A DNA stretch of 64,000 bases from a virus (IMGVR_UViG_3300027884_000039:1-64000), one strand, 5' to 3'; shown: positions 1 through 10,493, numbered from the stretch's first letter. Made by a program: numbers and translations. Notes: generated from the sequence alone by a model not told the origin.

Positions 1-3000
1 TTCTGTATCAAAGTACTTGCTCATGACCTCCTTTTGTGATGCTTGCTTCTGCGCTTCATCGATTGGATGCGCTTTCGCTTCACCCAGGACAGCTAATGCC
101 TGGTCAGGATCAAGGCCCTTACGTTGCAAGTACAACATAACCTGATCATCTGTACGTCCGGCCATCATTAGCTGGCCCGCTTGCTTGGTTAGCCTAACTG
201 GGTCTGCGGGGCCTCCACTGGCGGATACGGGTTGACCGCTTTGATTTGGTCCTGTAGCTGCTGCCCCTTGCTGAAGTGTGCCAGGGTCTTCCTCAAAACT
301 CGGCCCCTTTGAGTACTGTCGAGGTGTTCCATCATCTTCAGGATCGCGGGCTGCTGCTGTATGTACTGACTGAACCGACTGACCGCGCTCGTTGTCTTCT
401 TCATCGACGAATAATTTTACGGTGTTATGTACTTCTTCGGGCGGAATCGTCCCCCCTTCGATCTTATCCACGGTGGTATTATCGGCCTGCTCCTGGTGCG
501 CAGAAGGAATCATCTGCGCATGCTCAGGTGGGTTGGAACTAGCGAACTCCTTAATAGCGTCTTCATTCCAGCCACCATGCTTCTGGGCGGCATTCCATAT
601 ACTCAAGTTGTTGGTATGATTGACGAGCGCGGTGCCGGATTGATTTTCCGCCATGAGCGCCTTGCGGTCATCAATCGTGCGATTAGCATAGGTTTTCAAT
701 GATTCACCCAACTCCTTGCCCTTGTATTTTTCGATATCACCCTGGTAGACTGTTTCATTTGGGTTTTCGGAGAACCATTTCTGAATCGGCTTGAACTCCT
801 GTTCGTCCATGCCGCTGAAGTCCTTCAAGTCCCAAGAGCGTTGTCCCGGCCTTGTCTCTACCGGCACCTTGCCATCAGCCACGATCTCCGCCGTTTCCTT
901 ACCACGAGGTGAATCTGAACTAACTACGCGGGAGATATCATGTTCACCGTGAACTTGGTCTTTTAACTCATGGGCATCTACGATTCCTTTGTCTGATAGC
1001 CCAACCTGGTTCTGACCCGATACTTTATTTTCCTCATCGTGGATCGTATCGGCATGCGTCAGGTCTATGATGTCGTTGGATTCTTTTTCCCCACCTGCCT
1101 TGGCGCCTTGTTGGGCAGCGTTTTGATCGACTGCCCCTTGGCTTTCATCTCGTCCGCCCATTGCTTGGCTATCGCCGGATGCTGGGCGAACATCATCCGC
1201 TGTTGGCTCTTGCTTTTGAATGGCATCTTGTTTTATTTTAATTTTGTTTTGTGTATCACTATCGCCAATGATCTTAATATTCACTCCCTCCTTGGTGAGC
1301 AGATCGGGATGCTGATCGATCGCTTCTAATAGCTCGTCTCGGTTCGTTTCATTGCCATTGATAAAATAGAGCGGTTCTTTGCCGGACATGATCCTCTGAA
1401 TGCGTTCATCGGATTCCTTCTTTAATTCATCGATATGACCAGTGGCATTGCCGGACTGCTCGATATATTTGTCCATCGTGCGCTGGTTCAATAGTTCATT
1501 CATTACCGCTATTCGCTGTTCCGGCTTGCCATATTTGGGTACTAGCGGTCTTACCGCTGCAACATCATCGATAACGCTATTCACATTATTTGCCTCCTTG
1601 TCATTGTATATTCCGCCCTCATGCATAGAGCTTACTAGCTGTTTTAATTCATCTGCTCGCCCTGGTGTATCTTTCATCTCCATCGCAGATAGTACATTGT
1701 TCGCGATGGTTTGATTGCTGGGTAGTAGCTTATTATCACCATTATCATACTGCCTGCCGAAACTGAACATGGTATTGGTTGCCCGATCCACTTGCCAGTT
1801 ATGCAGTTTATCGACAGCCGCTTTCTGCAAACCCCCTAAGACTGCGCCAGAAATGAAGGTCTTTGCGGCATCCGGGTCCCTGGTCACATAATCCAGGATA
1901 TGCATAGCGGGATTATCGGTAGACTTTTGATTGAAGTCCTGTAAGGCAAAGTGGGTACCGCTGACCAATCCTTCCGCCGCTCCAGCACCGAGCTTCTGCC
2001 AGACATTCCCCATCGGCATCTTGAGTAGCCCCATTTGCAAGGGCGTCATGAGCATATCAGTTGTAAAATTCTTGGCGAGCAATTGATCTGATTTCGACGC
2101 TGCCTGATCAGGATCGAGCCCCTGTTTGATCAAATCATTATAATAAGCGTGTGCCATGAGATAGCTATTGGCTGGACTAACGGCCACACCTCCCAGCATG
2201 CCTTCTGCAAACTTGCCAATAGTGCCCGCTGCGCGGGCACCTGCTAGAGCCTCGTATATCGGCCCACCTACAGCCCCTGAGAGTGCGCCGATCGCCGCCA
2301 TATCCAAGGCCATCGGTACAACCTGTCCCGCGATATAGTTAATTCCTTCGCCTGTCTGCGGGATTACATTGCTGGCCTTCAGGTTATCTGCCGCAGTTTT
2401 CAACTGATAGCCCAGGGCGCTATTCTGCGGCGAACCGCCCAACTCCAGTAATGAACTCACCTGACCGCCGAGATCACCCGCTGCATTGATGGCACCCATG
2501 AGCACCTTATTGGTACCTGTAATCTGATCATGGAATGGCGCATTTTGCGCGAGTGGCTGACGGCCGATGCCGACATTGTTTAATCGATTGGCAATCGCCT
2601 GCGTGCGCTGTGCATCGTATTGATGACCCGCCGCAGTGTACACCTGGTTTACATGGTTCATAACAGCCGGGTCTTTGGCGACTTCGCCCATCCAGGTTTT
2701 CTCATAGTCGTCCGATGTGATCTGTCCACTTTGCAATAGTTGTGTGGCGTGATCTTGTGCGGCCTTCACTTCGGGTATGCCTTGCAACACTGGCTCCGCC
2801 TTCTGATTCACATAGTATTGTCCCTGACGATCCTTGCTATAGTTGAGGATTTGATTGCGGAGCCAATATCGATCTTTCGGCCCCAGACCCTTTGTGTTCA
2901 GATAATCTTCCACCGCCTTGGGATCGGCTTCCTGGAAGGCCTCGGCAGGCATATTGGGGTCAGTCGTTAATGCAGGAACTTTTCCCGTAAAAATTTTGTT

Positions 3001-3450
3001 CTTCCAGCCTGGGCTCTCTACTTCCGAAATGGCCTGGTCTCGCAAGGTCTGGTAATGCTGTCGGCTCGCCACAGCCAGCGGGTCCTGACTCAGGTCAAGG
3101 CCTTCGCGGTGTTGAATCTGTTGAACCGGACTGGTTGGCTGATCCGTGACCGACTGCTGTGGCTGCTGCGCGGACAGAAATTCCTGCGGGGATTGTGCCT
3201 TGATGGGAGCGGTCTTTTGCGCCGGGAAATACGCATTATAAAACTCGTCCTTTGTCTTCGTGAACGATCCATCACTATGCAGACCATTGTATAATTTGTC
3301 GATGGCAGCAGGATTATTATAATCCTTCTTGAACTCATCAAAGGATTTCGTATACGATCCATCACTATGCAGACCGTTATATAGCTTCTGCAAGGGATCG
3401 CCTGGATCAACCTGCGGCGCCTGTTCCGGTATGTCTTGGTCGTCTGCCAT
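1..3450 (-). CDS. Giant virion cargo/ejection protein, 3'-partial (1150 codons visible), with an internal degenerate histidine-phosphatase domain
   Basis: Translated by hand: ATG at 3450 overlaps the upstream stop (TAATG) and the frame stays open to the window edge (MADDQDIPEQAPQVD...). It is missing from the ORF track because it is truncated. Lies downstream of the tail genes. Confidence 0.85.
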   Translation of the reverse strand, partial: MADDQDIPEQAPQVDPGDPLQKLYNGLHSDGSYTKSFDEFKKDYNNPAAIDKLYNGLHSDGSFTKTKDEFYNAYFPAQKTAPIKAQSPQEFLSAQQPQQSVTDQPTSPVQQIQHREGLDLSQDPLAVASRQHYQTLRDQAISEVESPGWKNKIFTGKVPALTTDPNMPAEAFQEADPKAVEDYLNTKGLGPKDRYWLRNQILNYSKDRQGQYYVNQKAEPVLQGIPEVKAAQDHATQLLQSGQITSDDYEKTWMGEVAKDPAVMNHVNQVYTAAGHQYDAQRTQAIANRLNNVGIGRQPLAQNAPFHDQITGTNKVLMGAINAAGDLGGQVSSLLELGGSPQNSALGYQLKTAADNLKASNVIPQTGEGINYIAGQVVPMALDMAAIGALSGAVGGPIYEALAGARAAGTIGKFAEGMLGGVAVSPANSYLMAHAYYNDLIKQGLDPDQAASKSDQLLAKNFTTDMLMTPLQMGLLKMPMGNVWQKLGAGAAEGLVSGTHFALQDFNQKSTDNPAMHILDYVTRDPDAAKTFISGAVLGGLQKAAVDKLHNWQVDRATNTMFSFGRQYDNGDNKLLPSNQTIANNVLSAMEMKDTPGRADELKQLVSSMHEGGIYNDKEANNVNSVIDDVAAVRPLVPKYGKPEQRIAVMNELLNQRTMDKYIEQSGNATGHIDELKKESDERIQRIMSGKEPLYFINGNETNRDELLEAIDQHPDLLTKEGVNIKIIGDSDTQNKIKIKQDAIQKQEPTADDVRPASGDSQAMGGRDESQGAVDQNAAQQGAKAGGEKESNDIIDLTHADTIHDEENKVSGQNQVGLSDKGIVDAHELKDQVHGEHDISRVVSSDSPRGKETAEIVADGKVPVETRPGQRSWDLKDFSGMDEQEFKPIQKWFSENPNETVYQGDIEKYKGKELGESLKTYANRTIDDRKALMAENQSGTALVNHTNNLSIWNAAQKHGGWNEDAIKEFASSNPPEHAQMIPSAHQEQADNTTVDKIEGGTIPPEEVHNTVKLFVDEEDNERGQSVQSVHTAAARDPEDDGTPRQYSKGPSFEEDPGTLQQGAAATGPNQSGQPVSASGGPADPVRLTKQAGQLMMAGRTDDQVMLYLQRKGLDPDQALAVLGEAKAHPIDEAQKQASQKEVMSKYFDTE
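1065..1226 (-). CDS. Putative overprinted 53-aa basic protein (MPFKSKSQQRMMFAQHPAIAKQWADEMK...)
   Basis: Alternative frame inside the giant gene; ATG preceded by A-rich caaaattaaaataaaacaag; resembles the recurrent small phage MPFKSxxQ...HPxIAKxW ORFs (recalled). Confidence 0.55.
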   Translation of the reverse strand: MPFKSKSQQRMMFAQHPAIAKQWADEMKAKGQSIKTLPNKAPRQVGKKNPTTS

Positions 3451-5327
3451 TATGGAGTATCATATTTGCCTTTGCCTGGCTGAGCGGCGGGGGCGGTTGG
3501 TTTAGCAGCTTGTGGATGCTGCACCAAGTAGGCCTGCATCTCAGCCTTTGTATTAAATTGTTGCTCGGTTTCTTTGCCGCTGGCGTCCTTCGACGTGATA
3601 GAATAATTCTTGCTAAATGGATTCCACTTACTGTTCTTCTGTACGGAAGTCACAATGCCGTCAGGCGTCTGCATACCCTTCAGTGTAGTGCTCTTGCCGC
3701 TGTTCATTAGCTCGTCTGTCCCTTTATTTACATCGGCATAATGTGCGCTGAAAGCCTTGGCATCGATGCCCTTCTGCAACTCATCGCCAGGAAGTGCATT
3801 TGTGAACGTGCCATTATTAAATCCGGCCTTTTTCAGGGCGTTCGGAACATAAGTAAGGGGCACACCATTAGCCTCTGCAATTGAACTGAGAAAGGACTGG
3901 GCCTGAGAAGCTGGCACCTCTACCTTCGGCGCAGCGGGGTCCTTCTTCTCTAGGATCAGGGAGTTGTTAGACACATCCCGATAGACATTCTTATACACGT
4001 CACCTGCACCCTTGCCGAACTTCAGTCCCGCCTTGGGCAGGTTCTGCGTAATGTTTACCACATTGCGACCATTGACAACAGCACCAGGTCCAGTATTGTA
4101 CAACGGATCGTTGTTAAACGTCCGCGTGAGGGCATCCACGGTATTGATTTTGTTCTTAGCTCCCGGCGCCAGGTACCCATCATCGGCGGCATCTGACTTA
4201 CCTGCTGCGGCTCCGTATGCCCGGTCGTAAGACTGCTGTTCTTTGCCACCGAAATAATGTACTTGCACTTCTGCCGCCGAAGGCTTGTTTTGTATTTCCG
4301 CATTCTCAATAGCAGTCGGCGTCTGCTTTTTAATCTCATCGTAGGCGAAAGCCCTAGCCAATCGCTTCGCGTCCGGGCTATTGGGGTCATAGGGTTGGTT
4401 GCCTTCGTACTCCGGCCAATGTTGTTTCACCTGTCCCATGAAGTAATTCGCAATGAGTGGCTTCTGGTGCAGCATCTCATCAAAGTCGCCCTCATCCATG
4501 AGTCGCACAGGCGCCTGCGTTTTGTTGCCTTGCGCATCGGTGAAGTTGTGCATGAGCGGCTGTCCTCCGCTGGTGGCGGTCTCATACCTCGGTACCATGC
4601 CGGTCGTTGCGCCTCTCGCGTCCGTTTCCGGCACGAAGGATTCAGGCGCGACCAGGTGAACGCGCTTAGCATTCTCATTGCCGCCCGCATCATAACCCTT
4701 AATATCTGCGAGAGTCTTCTTAGCAGGTAAAGCTTTTGCATACGCATCGACGTCCCCTCCGGTCATGACTTCATCCGGATGTTGGATAATCGCTTCGTGC
4801 AGCCAGTTAGCCCCTTCATCTACATCTGCCGGATGTTTGATGCCGATATCTTGGCCCGTACTAGCGTCTTGCGCGTGGAAGGCCATCGTCTGCGCCCGGT
4901 AGGCCGCTTTATCAAAGTCCACTCCCCTGACGCCACTTTCGCGCATCTGCTTGACACCATTATCAATACCCGCCTTCACGATCTTCGCCTTATTGGAATA
5001 ATCGCTCAGGTTTTGCACATCCGGTCCGAGGGATTGCAAGATCGTGGGGATATCAGCCCCTCCCGCAGCCAGTGCCGCGCCTTTTTGCATTGTCTGCTGT
5101 AACTGCCCATTGATCACAGGATCAAACTGCGTACCGGTCAGGTACTGCTTAGGGTCCAGGTATTCCCGGAGGAAATTACCGGCTTGCTCGCGCTTGCCTT
5201 CCTGGGCAAGTTGCAAGCGCTGCGTCTGTATATTACGCATCCAGAGTTTATTGGACAGGGCATTGAGTCCCTGTCCGGGGTCGCCCCCGAAGCCTGGTAT
5301 CGTAAGTTCTTGCGCGTTTAATGGCAT
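3450..5327 (-). CDS. Virion cargo/ejection protein (625 aa)
   Basis: Position after the pilot-like protein; A/G/Q-rich composition; translationally coupled. Confidence 0.6.
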   Translation of the reverse strand: MPLNAQELTIPGFGGDPGQGLNALSNKLWMRNIQTQRLQLAQEGKREQAGNFLREYLDPKQYLTGTQFDPVINGQLQQTMQKGAALAAGGADIPTILQSLGPDVQNLSDYSNKAKIVKAGIDNGVKQMRESGVRGVDFDKAAYRAQTMAFHAQDASTGQDIGIKHPADVDEGANWLHEAIIQHPDEVMTGGDVDAYAKALPAKKTLADIKGYDAGGNENAKRVHLVAPESFVPETDARGATTGMVPRYETATSGGQPLMHNFTDAQGNKTQAPVRLMDEGDFDEMLHQKPLIANYFMGQVKQHWPEYEGNQPYDPNSPDAKRLARAFAYDEIKKQTPTAIENAEIQNKPSAAEVQVHYFGGKEQQSYDRAYGAAAGKSDAADDGYLAPGAKNKINTVDALTRTFNNDPLYNTGPGAVVNGRNVVNITQNLPKAGLKFGKGAGDVYKNVYRDVSNNSLILEKKDPAAPKVEVPASQAQSFLSSIAEANGVPLTYVPNALKKAGFNNGTFTNALPGDELQKGIDAKAFSAHYADVNKGTDELMNSGKSTTLKGMQTPDGIVTSVQKNSKWNPFSKNYSITSKDASGKETEQQFNTKAEMQAYLVQHPQAAKPTAPAAQPGKGKYDTP

Positions 5328-5330
5328 AGG

Positions 5331-6053
5331 TTAGTATTGTCCTGGATACATGGCTCCTGCGGTACCGCTCATCGGCGGCATACCATACTGATAGGGATTC
5401 ATCCATCCTTGATTGGTTCCCTGTGGCATACCCTGCATCACAGGATTCATACCCATATAGCTACTGGCCGCTGCCGTTGGCTTAACGTTTCTTCCACCGC
5501 CCCCGAACATACCACCCATCTGCGAAGCCACACCTGCCGCCCCGATCCCCATATTGGCGAGGCTATTCCAGGCCGTTTGGGTGTTCTGTAGCTTCGCGCC
5601 TGTGATCGCAGCCAGGTCCTGATACTTTCGCACCTGGTCTTGGTAGACTTTATCACCTTCACTGATCATGCCCTGTTGCGCACCCGTCATGTTCTGCAAG
5701 CGGTTGTAATAGTCCTGTTGCTCCTGCGTAGCCAACCCCTGGAAAGCCTGGTTACTTTGGCCCTGTGCTGCCGATCCCATAGCGAGGGCTTGCGCACCAC
5801 TGGTTGCATTACGGTTGACATTAGCGACGTTGCTGGCCTGGTTGCCATAAATATTACGTTCCATGGACGCCGCTCCAGGCATTCGGGCATTGAGCAGGGT
5901 CTGCGCAAGACCTAAGCGCTGCGCGGCATAGGGTGAAGTGGCATAACTAGGCTCCTGGCCCTGAAGGGCGGATAGCTTGCTATTGCTCTTGAACATGTTG
6001 GCGATCCCGCCGATCATGCCCACGCCAGCCGATAAAAGTGCTAAGGGAAACAT
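5331..6053 (-). CDS. Small ejection/pilot-like protein
   Basis: Hydrophobic Gly-rich N-terminus and Q/A/G/N-rich helical body, as in podovirus ejection proteins; follows the nozzle gene. Confidence 0.6.
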   Translation of the reverse strand: MFPLALLSAGVGMIGGIANMFKSNSKLSALQGQEPSYATSPYAAQRLGLAQTLLNARMPGAASMERNIYGNQASNVANVNRNATSGAQALAMGSAAQGQSNQAFQGLATQEQQDYYNRLQNMTGAQQGMISEGDKVYQDQVRKYQDLAAITGAKLQNTQTAWNSLANMGIGAAGVASQMGGMFGGGGRNVKPTAAASSYMGMNPVMQGMPQGTNQGWMNPYQYGMPPMSGTAGAMYPGQY

Positions 6054-6128
6054 GTTGAATTATTTATTATATTTGATCGTTAATTTTCTCATAGCATAAG
6101 CTAATGCCTGGGGTTTCTACCCTGGGCA

Positions 6129-9100
6129 TCATACTTTCTGACCCAAGGCAACCGTATAGCCCACATTACAAAACTTGATCTGGACGATCCCTTGCGTTGC
6201 ATCCCACTGCGCCATGATATACAGTGCAGCCGTGCGCATCTTTTCCCCTCCTGTGAGTGCAAGCGGATAATTACCGCCGAAGGCAGGATCGAGCTTGTTG
6301 CGATAGATGGGTGCATACCAGACGCCCTCCAGGTCCTTGAAGTCGCTCGCCACCAGGTCACTGCTCTGTAGATACTGATACAGGCTCATGAAATAAGCTA
6401 GGCTTGGTGCCGCACTTCCCTCCACACTAAAGTTGTTATATACCTTCGGCTTGTTCAGGAGTTGATTAGACAAGAACATAATGGATGGGCTGTATTGCAC
6501 GCCATAATAATTGGTATAAGGCAGCGTCGATTGATTATGGACATATAGTTGACCGTTCTTAAATGCGAATACATTATTCTCCAGGTTAAACATATACTCT
6601 GGCGTGAACCTGTAAGACCCCTGCCATTTGTTGGGATCGGTATAGAGTTTATATACAATGGTCTTGGCCATGCCGTCCCAGATATCAAAGGGATAAACGG
6701 TCGAAGGATAATCCGGAAGATAACCATTGGGCGGCGTAGCGAGCACGGTTGGTACCGTCCACATGACTTCGCCGTGATGGGGATCGGCGCAACCGAAAAC
6801 ATAGGGCCTACTGCCCAGCGCTTCGATTTCGGTTGCCGTCAGACTCTTGTACGCATCACTGAACAACTTCCAATAACGGCTCAGCTTATAGTTACTGATC
6901 GGGAAAAGGCCATTATCCGCATACTGAATGATCTTGCCGTTCTGGGCGTCGAACCAATACACATTCCCCCGGAATTCAACCACGCTTTCCGGGTTCAGCG
7001 TGCCGAATTCCCCCTTCAATTCATGCACGCTTCCGATTACACTGTTGGCCTGGGCGACAACCGAGTCCCCTGTATTGCTGATCAAGGTATTCTCACTCAG
7101 GTATAACGACGCCGTTTCACTACCTCCACAGATAGCCAGCATAATCGTACCGATCTTGGAGACCTTGCTGGTGAGCTGGAGCTTCATGATCGGCCCCAGG
7201 TCAGGCGACAAGTCCGTTTCATCCAACGCATCAAAGGTGGATAGTCCGTTGTTCTCTGTTCCCGCAATGAAGGTATTGCTATAGCAGACCGAACTGAGTA
7301 GTTGCACCTGCCCAATATAGTCGATGAAGTTCGGGCGCCCAGCATCCGTAAACCAGGAGGTATAATAGAGGTTGTTGGGTGACATCGCTTCGGCCACGTA
7401 GGTGATCGAATTGTTTTCACGTTGGAATAGAAAAACATCGCCGGCAACGGTGCCCGCTATAAGGCTATACTGTGGATTGCCTGTCCCTGGGTTAACGATG
7501 GGGAATATTTCCCCCACTTCGAAGTATGGTTCAGTTGTGGACTGCTTGTATGGCGTATAGATTTCATAAAACGCTAACGCCCCGCTGCCCAATTCGCCTA
7601 TGTCAAACAGCGTGGCCACGATATATTGAGCGGACTGCCCAATAATATTCAGCGAGTAGTAAGAGCCGGACAAAAAGAAATTCACGACGTCCCCGGAAGA
7701 ATAGATGTACCCCATCCCATTGCTCTGCAAAAACGAGATATCGATAGCCACCCCGGCCCAATCGCTTGAATAAGATAATTGCGTAAATAAGTAGGTATTG
7801 GTGGCGCTCAGCGAAGCGTAAACTACAAAGCCGACAGCTTCGACGAAAAATCGCGTCCGCAAGCATTTTGTAATATTGATGGAATAATAGTAGGCCCAGG
7901 GCGGTATTTCTTCAAACCCATTTGCGTTGCTCAGAGTCCAATTAAGAGCCGTCGCATATTGGTTAGCACTGAAGCCGGTATTCGGTATTGTTACTAATAA
8001 ATTGGTGTTGGTTACAACGCCGCATTTACGCCCATAATTATCGTAAAAAGTGATGCCTAATTGATAGTTTGAATTGCTCTTGAAAGCTTTAGTGATGACG
8101 CCAAAATTAATGGTTTCGTTTTGTGACAGCAGCGCCGAGGAAACACCCATATCTGAATTCGATATCACCAATACATTGGGCGGATCACCAAATAGGCCCG
8201 TATAATAATTAAGCACGGCTGAAATGGTCGTGCCCAAGAAAATTATGCCGGTGGTTATCGAGACGGGGAAAGTTGGCGCTGCATTGGCTATTGTATAATA
8301 ATAGTATGGGCTCGGTGGCATTGTCACGATGGACCTTGTGCTGCGCATATAATACACATGGCGAGCGGGTGATCCAAATCGAACACTTTCATACACCAGT
8401 GCAAACCACTCGCCAGTGATATACGTTCCAACGCCAGCGCCCTGCACGGTTATATCGGGAGTAACCGCCAGTGAGGTGATTAAATTGGAGCTAGTGTATC
8501 CTGTAATATAATTACCCATAAAGCCCCTGTTCTTTGCCATCTCTATCGTCTGGCATGTCAGCGGTACACTGTCGAAAGGCTTCACTGCATAAGCAGCATC
8601 TATGGCGATGCCGGCCTGGTTATTATAGAACAGATATTCAAGGGGTTGGACATCGCTGTTATGAAGTGCTATCGCCGCCGCGTCTGCGGCAATAATCGTT
8701 TTCCACGACTTAATGATGAAATAAATGCCACTGACCAGGTAGTTGGCTATCAAATCTATTTCGATCACGTCCTGGTCAATCCTTTCGGCGAGCGGTATCT
8801 GAATATCTACATAGCTAAATTGTTTAGAGGCTACAGGAGCTGACGTAAAAAGTGTCAGCGTTGCTTGCGTCGTAGGCGGAAAAGCGCTGTCACCGAGACC
8901 CCAGTCCCAGGTTTCTTGAATAGCCAGCGCCGGATTTACGCCATCCCGACTAGATAAGAACCATTTGCCGCCTTGTGGAATAGACTCTGGCAAATTGCCG
9001 CCCGTAAGCGTCCCGGGACTGCCATTGCCTGGCAAATTCTTGAAATAATTATTCAATCCATTCACGATCACGCTTGTGTAAGATTGTGTGGCTGGATACT

Positions 9101-10415
9101 TTGACCAGTCTAGTGGAATGGGAATATCGGTAGCACCCGCGCTGGCGCCTCCAGTTCCTGCGCGGGTAATTTTAGCATAAACATTTGGTCCATATCCTGG
9201 AAGGGGAGCACGAGTCAAAACATAGGTCGTAGCTAGGTAGCCATTGGTGATCAGTTCTATATTTTGTATGTTCAGCGAAGTCTCAACCGGTGGCGGATCG
9301 GGTTCATTGAAGTCCGCTAAGGTAGAGAGCCCTGACAAAGTAGAGTACTCGTAGTTCCGGTACTGATACCGATAGCAAAACTGGAATGCTTCGTTCGCGA
9401 TGAAGTTCGCTCCGGGTAGCGGCGTTACCAGCACCTTCGTCTGCGTGGGCGGGAGTCCTGGTTGACGCCTTATCCAGGCGATCACGGATTCATCCATGGG
9501 GGACAAATATGGAGCGGTGTCCAGTGATATAATATCCATCTTTAACTCTGTCGTCGGCGCAAACAACGGATCACCCAATCCCCAGTCCCAGGTCTGGCTG
9601 ATATTGACGCGAAAGGAGGTCTGCCCGACTTCCGGGTTGGGCAGCGGCGCAACAGACCAAAACGTATGCGTAGGATCGATGCCTTCAAGATAATTAGCAA
9701 TCCCATCCATTAAAACAGTATAGTATGGCGTGGCCGGATACACTGACCAATCCAAAGGAATGCGCAGACTCGTAATTCCAGCGTTGGGTCCAGCCGTACC
9801 GCCGCGAATCAGGTTAAGCAATGTACTGGGTCCGTAGATGATGGGTGGGTCATAGTCGCTTAATATATAAGTCACATTTAGAAACCCGCCAACGACCGCA
9901 TACTGGCTCGTGATGTCTATGGGCGTCAGGGGCGCCTTGAACGGATCATTGAGGCCCAAAGCTGCATTGATATCAAAACGCCTTGGCTCATTAAGGTTGT
10001 CAGTCCAGTACACACAACCATTTTCTACTCGTGCTGAATGAATGAGGTGATTGACATCGAAGTTCAGGCCGGTCGTCACATCGCTATTGGAAAGCAATAA
10101 TGAAATTGTGTTGGACAGGTAGTCATACAGATGTATCGTATGCAGTCCATCGCTATTGTAGAGAAAGAAGACCGCTCTTCTATTAGGATAATCAATCGCG
10201 GTGCCGATGCAGGTATTGACGCCGAAGATCGGGAGGTTGCTATTGGCAATGAGCAGCGTTGAACCTACAGATTCTAGTTGCTCGGCGAAGCCTTTGTCAG
10301 AAGTCGTACCAATGCGAAAGTCCTGGCAGTTGATGTATTCGTCCGGACCGACTTTGAAGTCAGCCGCATCACCATTGAGCATGCCCGGCAACCAGTATTT
10401 TTTTTCTATCTGCAT
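6129..10415 (-). CDS. Tail muzzle/nozzle (stabilisation) protein, 1428 aa
   Basis: Size, beta-rich composition, C-terminal propeller-like segments (NPESVVEFRGNVYWFDAQNG) and position after the ring proteins. Confidence 0.75.
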   Translation of the reverse strand: MQIEKKYWLPGMLNGDAADFKVGPDEYINCQDFRIGTTSDKGFAEQLESVGSTLLIANSNLPIFGVNTCIGTAIDYPNRRAVFFLYNSDGLHTIHLYDYLSNTISLLLSNSDVTTGLNFDVNHLIHSARVENGCVYWTDNLNEPRRFDINAALGLNDPFKAPLTPIDITSQYAVVGGFLNVTYILSDYDPPIIYGPSTLLNLIRGGTAGPNAGITSLRIPLDWSVYPATPYYTVLMDGIANYLEGIDPTHTFWSVAPLPNPEVGQTSFRVNISQTWDWGLGDPLFAPTTELKMDIISLDTAPYLSPMDESVIAWIRRQPGLPPTQTKVLVTPLPGANFIANEAFQFCYRYQYRNYEYSTLSGLSTLADFNEPDPPPVETSLNIQNIELITNGYLATTYVLTRAPLPGYGPNVYAKITRAGTGGASAGATDIPIPLDWSKYPATQSYTSVIVNGLNNYFKNLPGNGSPGTLTGGNLPESIPQGGKWFLSSRDGVNPALAIQETWDWGLGDSAFPPTTQATLTLFTSAPVASKQFSYVDIQIPLAERIDQDVIEIDLIANYLVSGIYFIIKSWKTIIAADAAAIALHNSDVQPLEYLFYNNQAGIAIDAAYAVKPFDSVPLTCQTIEMAKNRGFMGNYITGYTSSNLITSLAVTPDITVQGAGVGTYITGEWFALVYESVRFGSPARHVYYMRSTRSIVTMPPSPYYYYTIANAAPTFPVSITTGIIFLGTTISAVLNYYTGLFGDPPNVLVISNSDMGVSSALLSQNETINFGVITKAFKSNSNYQLGITFYDNYGRKCGVVTNTNLLVTIPNTGFSANQYATALNWTLSNANGFEEIPPWAYYYSINITKCLRTRFFVEAVGFVVYASLSATNTYLFTQLSYSSDWAGVAIDISFLQSNGMGYIYSSGDVVNFFLSGSYYSLNIIGQSAQYIVATLFDIGELGSGALAFYEIYTPYKQSTTEPYFEVGEIFPIVNPGTGNPQYSLIAGTVAGDVFLFQRENNSITYVAEAMSPNNLYYTSWFTDAGRPNFIDYIGQVQLLSSVCYSNTFIAGTENNGLSTFDALDETDLSPDLGPIMKLQLTSKVSKIGTIMLAICGGSETASLYLSENTLISNTGDSVVAQANSVIGSVHELKGEFGTLNPESVVEFRGNVYWFDAQNGKIIQYADNGLFPISNYKLSRYWKLFSDAYKSLTATEIEALGSRPYVFGCADPHHGEVMWTVPTVLATPPNGYLPDYPSTVYPFDIWDGMAKTIVYKLYTDPNKWQGSYRFTPEYMFNLENNVFAFKNGQLYVHNQSTLPYTNYYGVQYSPSIMFLSNQLLNKPKVYNNFSVEGSAAPSLAYFMSLYQYLQSSDLVASDFKDLEGVWYAPIYRNKLDPAFGGNYPLALTGGEKMRTAALYIMAQWDATQGIVQIKFCNVGYTVALGQKV

Positions 10416-10493
10416 GAAAGAAGTATCTTTGCTCTTCTTTCATGGTCTTACAATTACATTTGCACCGGCCGCTTGTTTCTACAAGCGGCTAAT

